Source of the DNA: Candidatus Poribacteria bacterium
Lineage (GTDB): Bacteria > Poribacteria > WGA-4E > UBA9662
Assembly (NCBI GenBank): GCA_036339735.1
Contig: JAYZAL010000026.1
Location: 1 to 64,000, forward strand
Reading direction: 5' to 3'
Length of the DNA stretch: 64,000 nucleotides
Each line of letters begins with the position of its first letter. Positions within the stretch are counted from its first letter, which is position 1. The notes beneath the pieces were generated by a model. It was not told the DNA's origin, did no database searches, and worked only from the letters and a program-made list of their open reading frames with translations. Positions 46,670 to 56,274 of this stretch are shown here, piece after piece. The position numbers were made by a program, and so were the translations under genes.

Positions 46670-49600
46670 ATGCCGTCCATTACCTTGCTAATCTTGTTTT
46701 TTTTAGCAAATAATTGGTCAAAACAAGAAAAATGGTCGCAGGTGTTTTCTTTGACTCAAAAACATGAACAGTTTCAGATTGATGAATCGACGAAAAAAAT
46801 CCGGTTAAAATCGGTTCCAATTATCCAAGAAACTGAGCAAATTTTGCTTGACGACCAAATACTAATACGTAACCAAGATTACCGAATTGACTACGAGGAA
46901 GGATTAGTCGAATTCAATCTTGTCCTAGTAAATAACCAGAAAGTAACCGTTATTTACCAAACGCTACCTTTTCCAGTTTCACCCATTTATGAAAGAGATT
47001 TTTTGTCAGCACCAGCTACAACGTCCTCACCTGAATTAAATCAATCTAATGCGACTGATCCAATAGACTTACTCAAAGCCGATTCACAAACAACGATCAA
47101 TGAACAACCAACTCTACAGGTTGCAGGCTCACAAACTTTTGGTGTTTCAGTCGGCACAGCTCAGTCGTTGTCCCAAAGCCAGGAACTGCGGGTTAATATC
47201 TTCGGTAATATTTCGGAAGACATAGAAGTTGTGGCTATGCTATCCGATCAAAATCTACCCATTCAGCCTGAAGGAACAACTGAAAATATCCAAGACTTTG
47301 ACCAAAAACTAATTCGCATTACTAGTCCAACTATCAATGGTACTTTGGGAGACTTAATAGCCGATATTGGCAACACCGAAATTCAATTCCCGATGGCTTT
47401 GGAAGGTGTATTTGTTGAGGGGGATTTTCGCTATGGGTCATTTCGTTTGATTCCAAGTGCTGTACCCAAAGGCCTATCAACGAGTAAAACTATACAAGGC
47501 CAGGAAGGACGGAGCCAGTACAGGTTAGATGTTGAGGGGCAATTCGTAGTAGCCAAGGCTGACAGCGAAATAGTTTGGCTCAATGGCGAAAAGATGAGAC
47601 GGGGACAAACTAACGATTATGTAATCCGAGATTATGGCGATCCAATCATAGAATTTACCAATCGACATATTATTACTAATAATGACCTGATAAGGGTTGA
47701 CTTTGAGTACATCCCTGAAGATTTAGTTTACCAACGTAGTATAAAAGGCTTTCGGGGTTTGTTTCATACACCTGATAGAACAGCAATAATTGGACTTTCC
47801 TATGCAAATGAAGCTGACCACGACAATCTGGATGATAATTTTGTACTTCTATCAGCCCAAGATTTGCGAGACCTACGGCAGAATCAACATGATAGTCGTA
47901 GCCTGATAGCACCTCAGCAACATACTGTGTGGGGAATTGAAACCCAGCTAGGACTATCCGATCTAGCTACACTAGATGGGCTAATGGCTTTTAGCACAAC
48001 CGATACCAATACACTGTCAAATCAAGACGCACGTTTGCATGGTCGATCTTGGAAATTACATTCAACAACTCAATATCCCTCGAGCGAAAAGCCCAAATTG
48101 GTTTTTAATCTTACCTATCATGATTTAACGTCTAATTATCGGCCGGTTGGAGCCTCGAGCCAAAGTCGAAACCGATATCAATACAGTTCACAATACCAAA
48201 ATCATAATTTTGACGACCAGTATCTAGGGACACGTCAATCAACAACCAACAGCCAGATAGTGCAGGAAGATGTTGGCACTGATGAGCGTCAACTGTCAGC
48301 AAAACTTCAGTTATTACCTTTTACTTGGATGAACTTAACTGGGGGGCTTGGTAAAACAAGAACTAAGCAAACAAATGCTGAGTTTCATAATTTCGCATTA
48401 GACTTGGTTCCTAAAAGCCTTCCTCACCTATATCTCAGTCAATACAACAGCCAAAATTCCAACAAATTATCTGCCAACGTTTCAACCACTAACCAAAAAT
48501 ACCGGCAACAAGGAAACTTATCATATCGGAAATTACTTACACAGGATACTGAATTAAGGCTTCATAGTGGAATTGAGCGGCTTTTTTCTAAACCAACTAT
48601 TAACGGTACTGGGACTCCTATGTCCCCACAAAAAAGACAAATCAATCGTCTTCAAGTCGACCTACAATACCACAAATTAGTTACTCTCGATTACAAGTAT
48701 GCACAAGAGAGGTCACAAACGAGACAAACTTTACTGGCCGTCGATAACCGGCCTTTGATGCTTTCGGACTGGTTAAAAACTTCTCAGGCACAAACTTGGT
48801 CAATTGGCAACTTTTCTCAAGTACGCCGTTGGGTCAATTTTTCCAGTAATTTGTCTCGCCGAAGATTTAAAAATTACGGCCGTACAGATAGCACCGTACC
48901 TCCCGACACGACAACACAATTAGCTGATATTAACTGTCGAGTTACACCACTGAATGGAGCCATTAACTTTCAATTCACCTACGAACTTGACAAAAAGCTA
49001 GCGACAAAACGAAGAGAGGTTTATACTGATATTAATCCCTATACTGGGCATCAAATCCGGCCAGGAGAAGGTCATTATGTCAAAATTGACGAATTGCACT
49101 ATGTCGAAGATTATGAAAAAGGTCAGTTTATCAAAATCATCCAAAATCTAGCAGATAAACCCGTTACGGCAATTGACACCAAAGTACAATTGCGAGTGCG
49201 ACCTAGGTCTTCTCGACCACAAATTTCACCTAAATCACTGAATCGGAAAAGCTCCTCTTCGTTGGGTAATTCACCTTCATTTATTGAATCACAAAGATGG
49301 TGGACCATTTGGTTGAAATGGGTTAGCTTTTCGATGCGACACAGCCTAACAGAAGAACAAGAAGACGCTGACCAACTGGCCTTTTATCTTCTTCAACAAA
49401 GGCAGTCTCAGCGTACAGTTTACGGTCGGCATAACCAACGTTACCAAATCACTGTCTCTCCTTCACCCAAATTCACTTTGGACTTCAACTATGTGGAAAA
49501 TCGGAGTCTAAACCGTCGAGTTAACAATCGACAGCGTCAACATCAAGGGCGAAATTGGAATCTAAGGACTACTATCAACCCAACCGTTAGGCTGTCTCTA

Positions 49601-50095
49601 AATTGGCAATCAGAATGGCGGTACGATTTGGAGTTGTTCGACCGAATTGGCCAATTAAATTCATCTCTAGAGCAACTATCAAACTTGGATCAGATTGAAC
49701 AGAGAAACGAACTCGATCTTCGTTATGAATTGAATCAAAAATTTCGTCTTAACTGGGTCGGAATATATCAACAGACCAAAGATACGGACAGCGTAACTAA
49801 TGACGCAACGGCTTATACCCAGACCTTATCTCTTGAAAATCGGTTAACTTATTCAATGGTTGGAAAAGGTCGTTTTGATATGTCTTATCAGTTAGCGCAT
49901 GGACAAAACCGAGGTGGGCAACCTTTCATCCGTTACAATTTTTATTCAGGATTTAGTCATCAAGCTAAGTTTACTGTCAACTATCGTGTAGAAAAATATA
50001 CTGATTTACAGTTGCGATTTAATTATCGCGTCTTGGCAACCGAAGTCCAAAAAACAGAACACCGAGCTGAAATGGAGGTTAGGGCTCAATTGTAA
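46670..50095 (+). CDS. Large outer-membrane protein (1141 aa) with SprA-like N-terminal motifs and predicted beta-barrel C-terminus
   Basis: Signal peptide; LIRNQDYRIDYEEGLVEF and MRRGQTNDYVIRDYG..IEF motifs; GNISEDIEVVAMLSDQNLPIQPEG; long amphipathic strand series ending HRAEMEVRAQL. Confidence 0.72.
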   Translation: MPSITLLILFFLANNWSKQEKWSQVFSLTQKHEQFQIDESTKKIRLKSVPIIQETEQILLDDQILIRNQDYRIDYEEGLVEFNLVLVNNQKVTVIYQTLPFPVSPIYERDFLSAPATTSSPELNQSNATDPIDLLKADSQTTINEQPTLQVAGSQTFGVSVGTAQSLSQSQELRVNIFGNISEDIEVVAMLSDQNLPIQPEGTTENIQDFDQKLIRITSPTINGTLGDLIADIGNTEIQFPMALEGVFVEGDFRYGSFRLIPSAVPKGLSTSKTIQGQEGRSQYRLDVEGQFVVAKADSEIVWLNGEKMRRGQTNDYVIRDYGDPIIEFTNRHIITNNDLIRVDFEYIPEDLVYQRSIKGFRGLFHTPDRTAIIGLSYANEADHDNLDDNFVLLSAQDLRDLRQNQHDSRSLIAPQQHTVWGIETQLGLSDLATLDGLMAFSTTDTNTLSNQDARLHGRSWKLHSTTQYPSSEKPKLVFNLTYHDLTSNYRPVGASSQSRNRYQYSSQYQNHNFDDQYLGTRQSTTNSQIVQEDVGTDERQLSAKLQLLPFTWMNLTGGLGKTRTKQTNAEFHNFALDLVPKSLPHLYLSQYNSQNSNKLSANVSTTNQKYRQQGNLSYRKLLTQDTELRLHSGIERLFSKPTINGTGTPMSPQKRQINRLQVDLQYHKLVTLDYKYAQERSQTRQTLLAVDNRPLMLSDWLKTSQAQTWSIGNFSQVRRWVNFSSNLSRRRFKNYGRTDSTVPPDTTTQLADINCRVTPLNGAINFQFTYELDKKLATKRREVYTDINPYTGHQIRPGEGHYVKIDELHYVEDYEKGQFIKIIQNLADKPVTAIDTKVQLRVRPRSSRPQISPKSLNRKSSSSLGNSPSFIESQRWWTIWLKWVSFSMRHSLTEEQEDADQLAFYLLQQRQSQRTVYGRHNQRYQITVSPSPKFTLDFNYVENRSLNRRVNNRQRQHQGRNWNLRTTINPTVRLSLNWQSEWRYDLELFDRIGQLNSSLEQLSNLDQIEQRNELDLRYELNQKFRLNWVGIYQQTKDTDSVTNDATAYTQTLSLENRLTYSMVGKGRFDMSYQLAHGQNRGGQPFIRYNFYSGFSHQAKFTVNYRVEKYTDLQLRFNYRVLATEVQKTEHRAEMEVRAQL

Positions 50096-50463
50096 ATTGT
50101 CTGGCTTCGTAATTAGTTCATGATTGATTGATAGTTACGATGACCGTAAACTGTTTACTTTATTTCGTCTTCTCGTTTATCATTCTGTTAGGGGACTGTT
50201 GCTCACATTTTTCATATTCGTTTAGTCAAAAAAATCGCTGTTGTGTTGAAATAGAGAAACAGCAACAACCCCTATATTATATCTATAGGACAAAATTTTG
50301 GTGGTAGGCTTCCTTAGCTTTGAACGACGACAATTGTAGTTTGCATTTATGCTCAAAAGTAGTGAAAAATTATCGACTTGCCCCCAAATGACCTCTTAGA
50401 TGAATTCTTCATCTAATGGTTATACAACTTGTATCGACAATATACCAAAATAGAAGCCAATAT

Positions 50464-51768
50464 TTATTTAATTGACTTGGCAATTTTCTTTGCTAGGTTA
50501 TAGTTACTCTTTGCTTTTTGGTCCCATGTTTGTTGATACTGATTAGATGATCCCGACCAATTCTGGTTAAACTCTATTGAACTGACCAAATCCTCATTAA
50601 TTGGCAACCGTGATACTAATTGTCTCGCTTCATTGAGTTTTTCTTCCATTTGTTCCACGTCTTTACCTCGGCTACGTTTCTTATCCAACTTTGCCTCTGC
50701 TTTGTAAATTTCTTTCCAAGCCCGTTGAAGTTCTTGAAGCCGAAAAGTTATAAACCAGTCGAATAAGGAGTTAAGAACCTCATAACGCCTCTGAGATAAG
50801 TCGGCATCAAATGGGACTGACTTTTCGATCTGAAACGGATTAGGAAAGCCATTAGGTGCTTGATCATACAGATCAGGAATAATCGGTAGACGGCTGATAC
50901 TATCAGTAAAGAGTAAATTTTGGCCGGTTCGACTAATTACAAAATCGATGAATTTTTGGGCAGCATTAGTGTTCGGACTTCCCTTGATCAGAGCAATATT
51001 AGCTGGCACCATCGGTGTAATAGAAGGATAAACAAAACCAACAGGTTGGCCACTTGATATAGCCGATAAACCAAAAAAATCGACGACTACACCAATTCCA
51101 AACTCACCACTCGCAATACCTTGTGGGACTCCAAAACTCCGTTCGGTAATAACCGTCATGTTGCCAGCCATTTGTAGTAGCAAAGCCCAGCCTTTTTGCC
51201 ACCCATACCCCTGCAGAATTGATTCTACAGTTAAATGGGTGGTCCCACTACGAGAAGGAGAACACATAGAAAGATGATTATGATATATAGACTTGGTTAA
51301 ATCAATCCACTCTCTGGGGAATGGAAGTTGATAAGCTTTCATATACTCATTGTTCCACATCATTCCATATCCACTCAAAGCAAAACCAAAAAAGTAGCTG
51401 TCAGGATCGTGGATAGGGTAGTCTCCAATTGTTTTTGCAGTTTGGTCGATTAATTCTTTGGGTGGAGTATAAAGAGCTAATAAATCTTCTTTTTTAAGTA
51501 AAGCGAACGCATCAACAGCACTAGCCCAAAAGATATCGGAATTCGGTTTCGTAGCGGTCTCTCGGATATATGTCACTGCAGCTGATGTTTTCTTGGAACG
51601 AAAAACCAGTTTTATGTCTTGGTGTTTTTCTTCAAATGCTGTTTGATAGGTATCGAAAAGGTCCTTGGGAAATGAAGTCACAATCACTACTTCTGCCGAA
51701 AAAGTAGTTGAGCATGTTAGTAAAACTAAAAAAAATAAGGACGTCAAAAGCTGAATTCGATTATTCAT
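50464..51768 (-). CDS. Extracellular solute-binding protein, PgtC / Fe(III)-ABC SBP-like
   Basis: Signal peptide; VVIVTSFP; DIFWASA; SPSRSGTTHLTVESILQGYGWQKGW; ERSFGVP; AAQKFIDFVIS. Confidence 0.85.
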   Translation of the reverse strand: MNNRIQLLTSLFFLVLLTCSTTFSAEVVIVTSFPKDLFDTYQTAFEEKHQDIKLVFRSKKTSAAVTYIRETATKPNSDIFWASAVDAFALLKKEDLLALYTPPKELIDQTAKTIGDYPIHDPDSYFFGFALSGYGMMWNNEYMKAYQLPFPREWIDLTKSIYHNHLSMCSPSRSGTTHLTVESILQGYGWQKGWALLLQMAGNMTVITERSFGVPQGIASGEFGIGVVVDFFGLSAISSGQPVGFVYPSITPMVPANIALIKGSPNTNAAQKFIDFVISRTGQNLLFTDSISRLPIIPDLYDQAPNGFPNPFQIEKSVPFDADLSQRRYEVLNSLFDWFITFRLQELQRAWKEIYKAEAKLDKKRSRGKDVEQMEEKLNEARQLVSRLPINEDLVSSIEFNQNWSGSSNQYQQTWDQKAKSNYNLAKKIAKSIK

Positions 51769-52089
51769 TTTATTTTTTGTTCCTACTTAAAGAAATTACC
51801 GTACTGGAAACTAAAAAGATATATCAATATATGAAATTTAGCTCTGGTAAAAGTTGAGAAGATTTTTTACCTGCTACACAAGTCGATGTAAGGATACGGG
51901 TCAAAAGCCTTTACATATTTTACTTTGAATATGAATAGAAAATGAAAAACCATTTCTAATACTTATTAAGATAATCAAAGAATACACCTATACCAGTTGA
52001 GGTCGTAAATTCAATCATTTGATTCCATCACCGATGGTAAAAGACGTGTAGATGAAATATGCCTAAAATTTTGGTTCAATGCCAAATCC

Positions 52090-52497
52090 CTAGTATTTGA
52101 ATTTACCGGACAACCATCGTTCAATTGCAATCGATAAAGATAATCGTTTCGAAGTAAACAAAGCCATGCAAGCAGTGACCAAAATCGATAAAATTATAAA
52201 AACCTTTAGATTTAGGCGAAAGAACAAAGCAACGATGAGGGGAAATAGGAAAACTGCTCGATCAATAAATATCAAAAACGCCCAACTATCTCCATTGTTT
52301 TTTTCAACTTTTGCGCCACAAGCCTTACAATATTCCTTTATCCTAAAATAACCTTTAGTTATGTTTGCTTCACGACACTCCACACATAATCCTTTCAAAC
52401 CAATCATTATGTAGTTTATCAATGTAGGTTTGAAGCGTGACACGACTAATACAAAATTAGCAAAACTTAGGCAATACAAAAAGGGATGCATTAGCAA
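52090..52497 (-). CDS. DUF983-like membrane protein (start uncertain)
   Basis: GLKGLCVEC...GYFRIKEYCKACG...GDSWAF followed by two TM helices. Confidence 0.7.
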   Translation of the reverse strand: MLMHPFLYCLSFANFVLVVSRFKPTLINYIMIGLKGLCVECREANITKGYFRIKEYCKACGAKVEKNNGDSWAFLIFIDRAVFLFPLIVALFFRLNLKVFIILSILVTACMALFTSKRLSLSIAIERWLSGKFKY

Positions 52498-52753
52498 CTC
52501 TGGTTGCAGAGCTTTTCACTAGGTAATACACCAAATTTCATGTGTATAATGGCATTCTGTTCCGGTTATTGATAAATGGATTACATTACTGATGTATAAC
52601 GACCATCACGATGACACAATCCAAAATTAGTTTTTATGTTAGCTTTGGTAATGAAAAATAGGTGTTCGCTTATAGTATTCATTATAAAACGACTATGCTT
52701 TTTCTTCATGAAGTCAAAATTATTGATCATTTTGTTAAAACTAGTGAATACTG

Positions 52754-52781
52754 TTGACTCTCACGACTGAGTATTTATACT
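52754..52781 (+). promoter_or_regulatory. Putative sigma70 promoter
   Basis: TTGACT (52754-52759), 16-nt spacer, TATACT (52776-52781). Confidence 0.45.
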
Positions 52782-52846
52782 TATTGAAAGTAATACTATA
52801 CTGTGGCAGAATGCCACAATTATAGCATCAACCAAATAGTCCAGCA

Positions 52847-54070
52847 ATGAGCGCATCAAACTATCAAGTTAAACGTTTAAATGACCAACCCCTTGTTTCA
52901 GATGGTCATAATACTAATGGTCCATCAGTGATCAAGGTGCCGACTTGGTTGGATGTCGACCAGCGCCCATTTACAACCAAAAATGGCAAAAAAATCATCG
53001 CCAACTATTACCTATATTACGCAAACCACAATGGAAAATTCATCCACATGGCTTGGAGTCATAAAATTGACTCCGGGTGCTGGTTCAAATTTAACCGGCC
53101 AGATTTAGGACTGAATGTAGCTGAAATACCTGGACGAGGTGTATTAGATTTGGCTAATGGTCCACAAAGGATCCATCTAAATTCGTCAAGGTCTATTTAT
53201 TTAGGCAAACCCAATGGGAAATCGGGGCACATCGCTTCCCCTGATGTTCATGTTGATCATCAGAAGAAACGAATAGTCATGTATTTTCACGGAAACGGTA
53301 GTGGGGTAGCTTTTCGACGAAATTCAAACGGTCAACGCATACCCTACCCAGCCAACCAAAACACTTATGTTGCTACATCGGTTGACGGTCTAAATTTTAA
53401 CCCTGCTGATCTAGGTGGGCAAACTAAACATGGTATTTTACCTGTTTGTATCGGTCGAGCTTACATGAGAGTGTTTTCCTATCGAGGCCAAACATACGGA
53501 TTTTCACGGTCGGCCCTCATTAATATTTCACCTCGTAATCCACTAGCCCTTCCAGATCCTGATTTTCCAACCGAGTCGACATGGACTGCCAGCGGAATTC
53601 AAGAAGAAACAGAACTATCTCAGTATTTTCGTGAATATTATTTGCCTAAAATTAATCATTATCGTAGCGAACTAAATCAACCAAGTTTCAAACAGGTTGA
53701 TTTAGAGGGACAGGTTTTTCCTCGCCACCTTTGTGTTAGAAGACTACCTGAGGACCATCATTTAGAAGTTTTCTTTAGCGTAAAATTCAAAAAAGGAGGT
53801 AATTTTGAGCAATGGCGGCCTCCAGATGATTCAGAAAAGATTCTAAGAGTCGTCTATGATCTGAGTTGTGAACCTTGGCAAATACAACGAGAAGACACTG
53901 GCCAGATTAGGATTGAAGAAATATTGAAGGCAGAAAAATATTGGGAGTTGAAGGGCCTTTGTGACCCTTTTGTTTTTGTAGATACTGATAAGCGCATCTA
54001 TCTTTTCTACGCAGGTGGACCGATTCAGTCGGAAGGTGCAATTGGTATGGTAGAATTAAGTCCTAAGTGA
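52847..54070 (+). CDS. Putative five-bladed beta-propeller glycoside hydrolase-like protein
   Basis: NGPSVIKVPTWL; YYLYYANHNG; HIASPDVHVD; MYFHG; ATSVDGLNF; YMRVF; DPFVF..IYLFYAG..EGAIG. Confidence 0.7.
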   Translation: MSASNYQVKRLNDQPLVSDGHNTNGPSVIKVPTWLDVDQRPFTTKNGKKIIANYYLYYANHNGKFIHMAWSHKIDSGCWFKFNRPDLGLNVAEIPGRGVLDLANGPQRIHLNSSRSIYLGKPNGKSGHIASPDVHVDHQKKRIVMYFHGNGSGVAFRRNSNGQRIPYPANQNTYVATSVDGLNFNPADLGGQTKHGILPVCIGRAYMRVFSYRGQTYGFSRSALINISPRNPLALPDPDFPTESTWTASGIQEETELSQYFREYYLPKINHYRSELNQPSFKQVDLEGQVFPRHLCVRRLPEDHHLEVFFSVKFKKGGNFEQWRPPDDSEKILRVVYDLSCEPWQIQREDTGQIRIEEILKAEKYWELKGLCDPFVFVDTDKRIYLFYAGGPIQSEGAIGMVELSPK

Positions 54071-54117
54071 ATTGATACAATATTCTTGATTTAAAAGTAT
54101 TAAATTTTTTTTCATAA

Positions 54118-55965
54118 GTGGGACCTAGAACTGTAATCTTTTGTTTCTGCATTTTCGCTATGTTTAGTTTAATTTGCGAATCTAATCACAATCTTTCTAT
54201 TGATAAAGTTGAACCACCCAATTGGTGGGTAGACATGAAATGGAATTGTGTTCAGCTAATGATCTATGGAAAAGGGTTAACTAACATATCAGCCGAATTT
54301 CAAAATGATCAGCTCGCAACTACTGTCTTAAAATCCAGTAATTCCTACGCGTTTGTCCAAGTGAAAATTCCAGATAACCTACCTCCCGCAACCTATCTTC
54401 TTGAAATCACCGCATTGGGCCAAAAGGCCGTAATTGATTTCCCCATTTTATCGAGAGACACCAGTCCGTACCGACACCAGGGTTTTAATAATGCGGACGT
54501 CGTTTATTTAATTACGCCGGATCGGTTTGCCAACGGTGATCTCACTAACGATCTAGCTGATGGAGTCGTCAGTGATTTTGATCCAAACAGCATATCAAAA
54601 CGACAAGGCGGCGATTTGTCAGGTATTATTGATAGACTGCCATATCTACAGGATTTGGGCGTTTCAGTACTTTGGCTAAATCCTGTTTTGGAAAATAATG
54701 GAACTAATAGTTATCATGGTTATGCCGCTACTGACTTATATCGTATTGATCCTCGCTTAGGGAGTAATACTGAATATAAAGAGCTTGTCGATCAGGCACA
54801 TGCTCACCAAATCAAAATTATTTTTGATCATGTTAGTAACCATATTGGTATTGGGCATCCTTGGGTTCAAAATTTACCATCCGAAAATTGGTTGAATGGA
54901 AATATCACTGAACATAGTAGTGATAAGCATTACATATCATCGATCAATGATCCACATGCAGATCCTAATACAGTGAAACTGCTTCAGTCTTTTTGGTTTG
55001 TCGATTCTATGCCAGATCTTAACCAAAGAAACCCATATTTAGCAAATTATCTAATCCAAAACACTTTATGGTGGATTGAGTTCACTGGGATTGACGGAAT
55101 CCGTGAGGACACTTACCCATATGCGGATCAGGAGTTTTTATCCCGATGGGCTGCAACAATTTTGAGTCAATATCCAAGTTTTAATATTGTGGGAGAGATC
55201 TGGACTAATTCACCAGCTTCTGTAGCCATGTTTCAAAAAGGAAATTTGTTACATCAGCAAAAAGAGACTAATCTACCATGTGTGATGGATTTCCCTCTGT
55301 GTCAGGCATTTCGTCAATATTTGATGGGGACCGGTAAGTTACAAAATGTTTACGAGGTTCTTGCCCAAGATTTCTTATACTCAGATCCCAACAATTTGCT
55401 CACTTTTTTTGATAATCACGATATGCCTCGCGGTGTGTTTATTGCCAAAGAAAATATTCAAAAGACTAAACAGGTGATAGCAATGCTGTTGACCCTACGT
55501 GGCATTCCACAGCTATTATATGGGACAGAAATTAATATGGTTGGTGGCGAGAGCCATGTACAACTACGAGCTAATTTCCCAGGAGGGTTCCCAAATGATA
55601 TGCGAAACGCTTTTGATAGAAATGGCCGAACGGAAGCAGAAAACGATATTTTTACATATTTGAGAAAGTTATTGGAAGTTAGAAAAAGGGTTTCTCCTCT
55701 GACTACCGGCAAACTAATTCACTATCCGCCCAATTATCATAACGATGTTTACAAGTATCTTCGGATCAGCGAGGAAGAAATAGTACTAGTTATTATCAAT
55801 GGCCACGATGAGAAAAGACAAGTTGACCTTTCTGAATTGGCTCACTGGTTTGATACAGAATCTAGATTTGTCAATTTGATTACTGACCAAATTTGTACGA
55901 TTAGTTTCACCGAAAAGCTTGTGGTAACAAGTTGGCAGACACTAATTCTGCATCAAAGACCTTAA
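54118..55965 (+). CDS. GH13 cyclomaltodextrinase/neopullulanase (SusA-like)
   Basis: N-terminal VEPPNWW; DVVYLITPDRFANGD; GGDL; SYHGYA; DHVSNH; DGIREDTYPY; VGEIW; DNHD; RGIPQL. Confidence 0.92.
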   Translation: MGPRTVIFCFCIFAMFSLICESNHNLSIDKVEPPNWWVDMKWNCVQLMIYGKGLTNISAEFQNDQLATTVLKSSNSYAFVQVKIPDNLPPATYLLEITALGQKAVIDFPILSRDTSPYRHQGFNNADVVYLITPDRFANGDLTNDLADGVVSDFDPNSISKRQGGDLSGIIDRLPYLQDLGVSVLWLNPVLENNGTNSYHGYAATDLYRIDPRLGSNTEYKELVDQAHAHQIKIIFDHVSNHIGIGHPWVQNLPSENWLNGNITEHSSDKHYISSINDPHADPNTVKLLQSFWFVDSMPDLNQRNPYLANYLIQNTLWWIEFTGIDGIREDTYPYADQEFLSRWAATILSQYPSFNIVGEIWTNSPASVAMFQKGNLLHQQKETNLPCVMDFPLCQAFRQYLMGTGKLQNVYEVLAQDFLYSDPNNLLTFFDNHDMPRGVFIAKENIQKTKQVIAMLLTLRGIPQLLYGTEINMVGGESHVQLRANFPGGFPNDMRNAFDRNGRTEAENDIFTYLRKLLEVRKRVSPLTTGKLIHYPPNYHNDVYKYLRISEEEIVLVIINGHDEKRQVDLSELAHWFDTESRFVNLITDQICTISFTEKLVVTSWQTLILHQRP

Positions 55966-56274
55966 TAAAATAACTGATAATATTGTCATCTTCGTGATTA
56001 CGATTTGATTTGACGAATTTGCCCATGTATCCTTCAGAAAGTAAAATTGTGTGTTTTAGTTTTTTTCTGTGGTAACTTATTTGGGCTTTTCGGACTGACT
56101 TATAAAAACCAAGCACAAAATAATGTCGTTCCATGAGCAGACATACGCCGAAAACTATAATAAATTGACTACTCAGCTTGTAACTGCTGGAGCACATAAT
56201 CCGCGTAGTAGGGTAAATCTTAGATTCAGACTGACATATGAATCCATGTAATTCAAGATACTATTAGATAGAGT

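Noticed and set aside
52491-52520. TTAGCAACTC...GAGCTTTTC resembling a CIRCE (HrcA) element
   Set aside because: The right arm does not match GAGTGCTAA, and no heat-shock gene is adjacent.
55907-56197. 96-aa minus-strand ORF between the GH13 and cytochrome genes
   Set aside because: It overlaps the GH13 3' end, has no RBS or recognisable motif, and is probably spurious.
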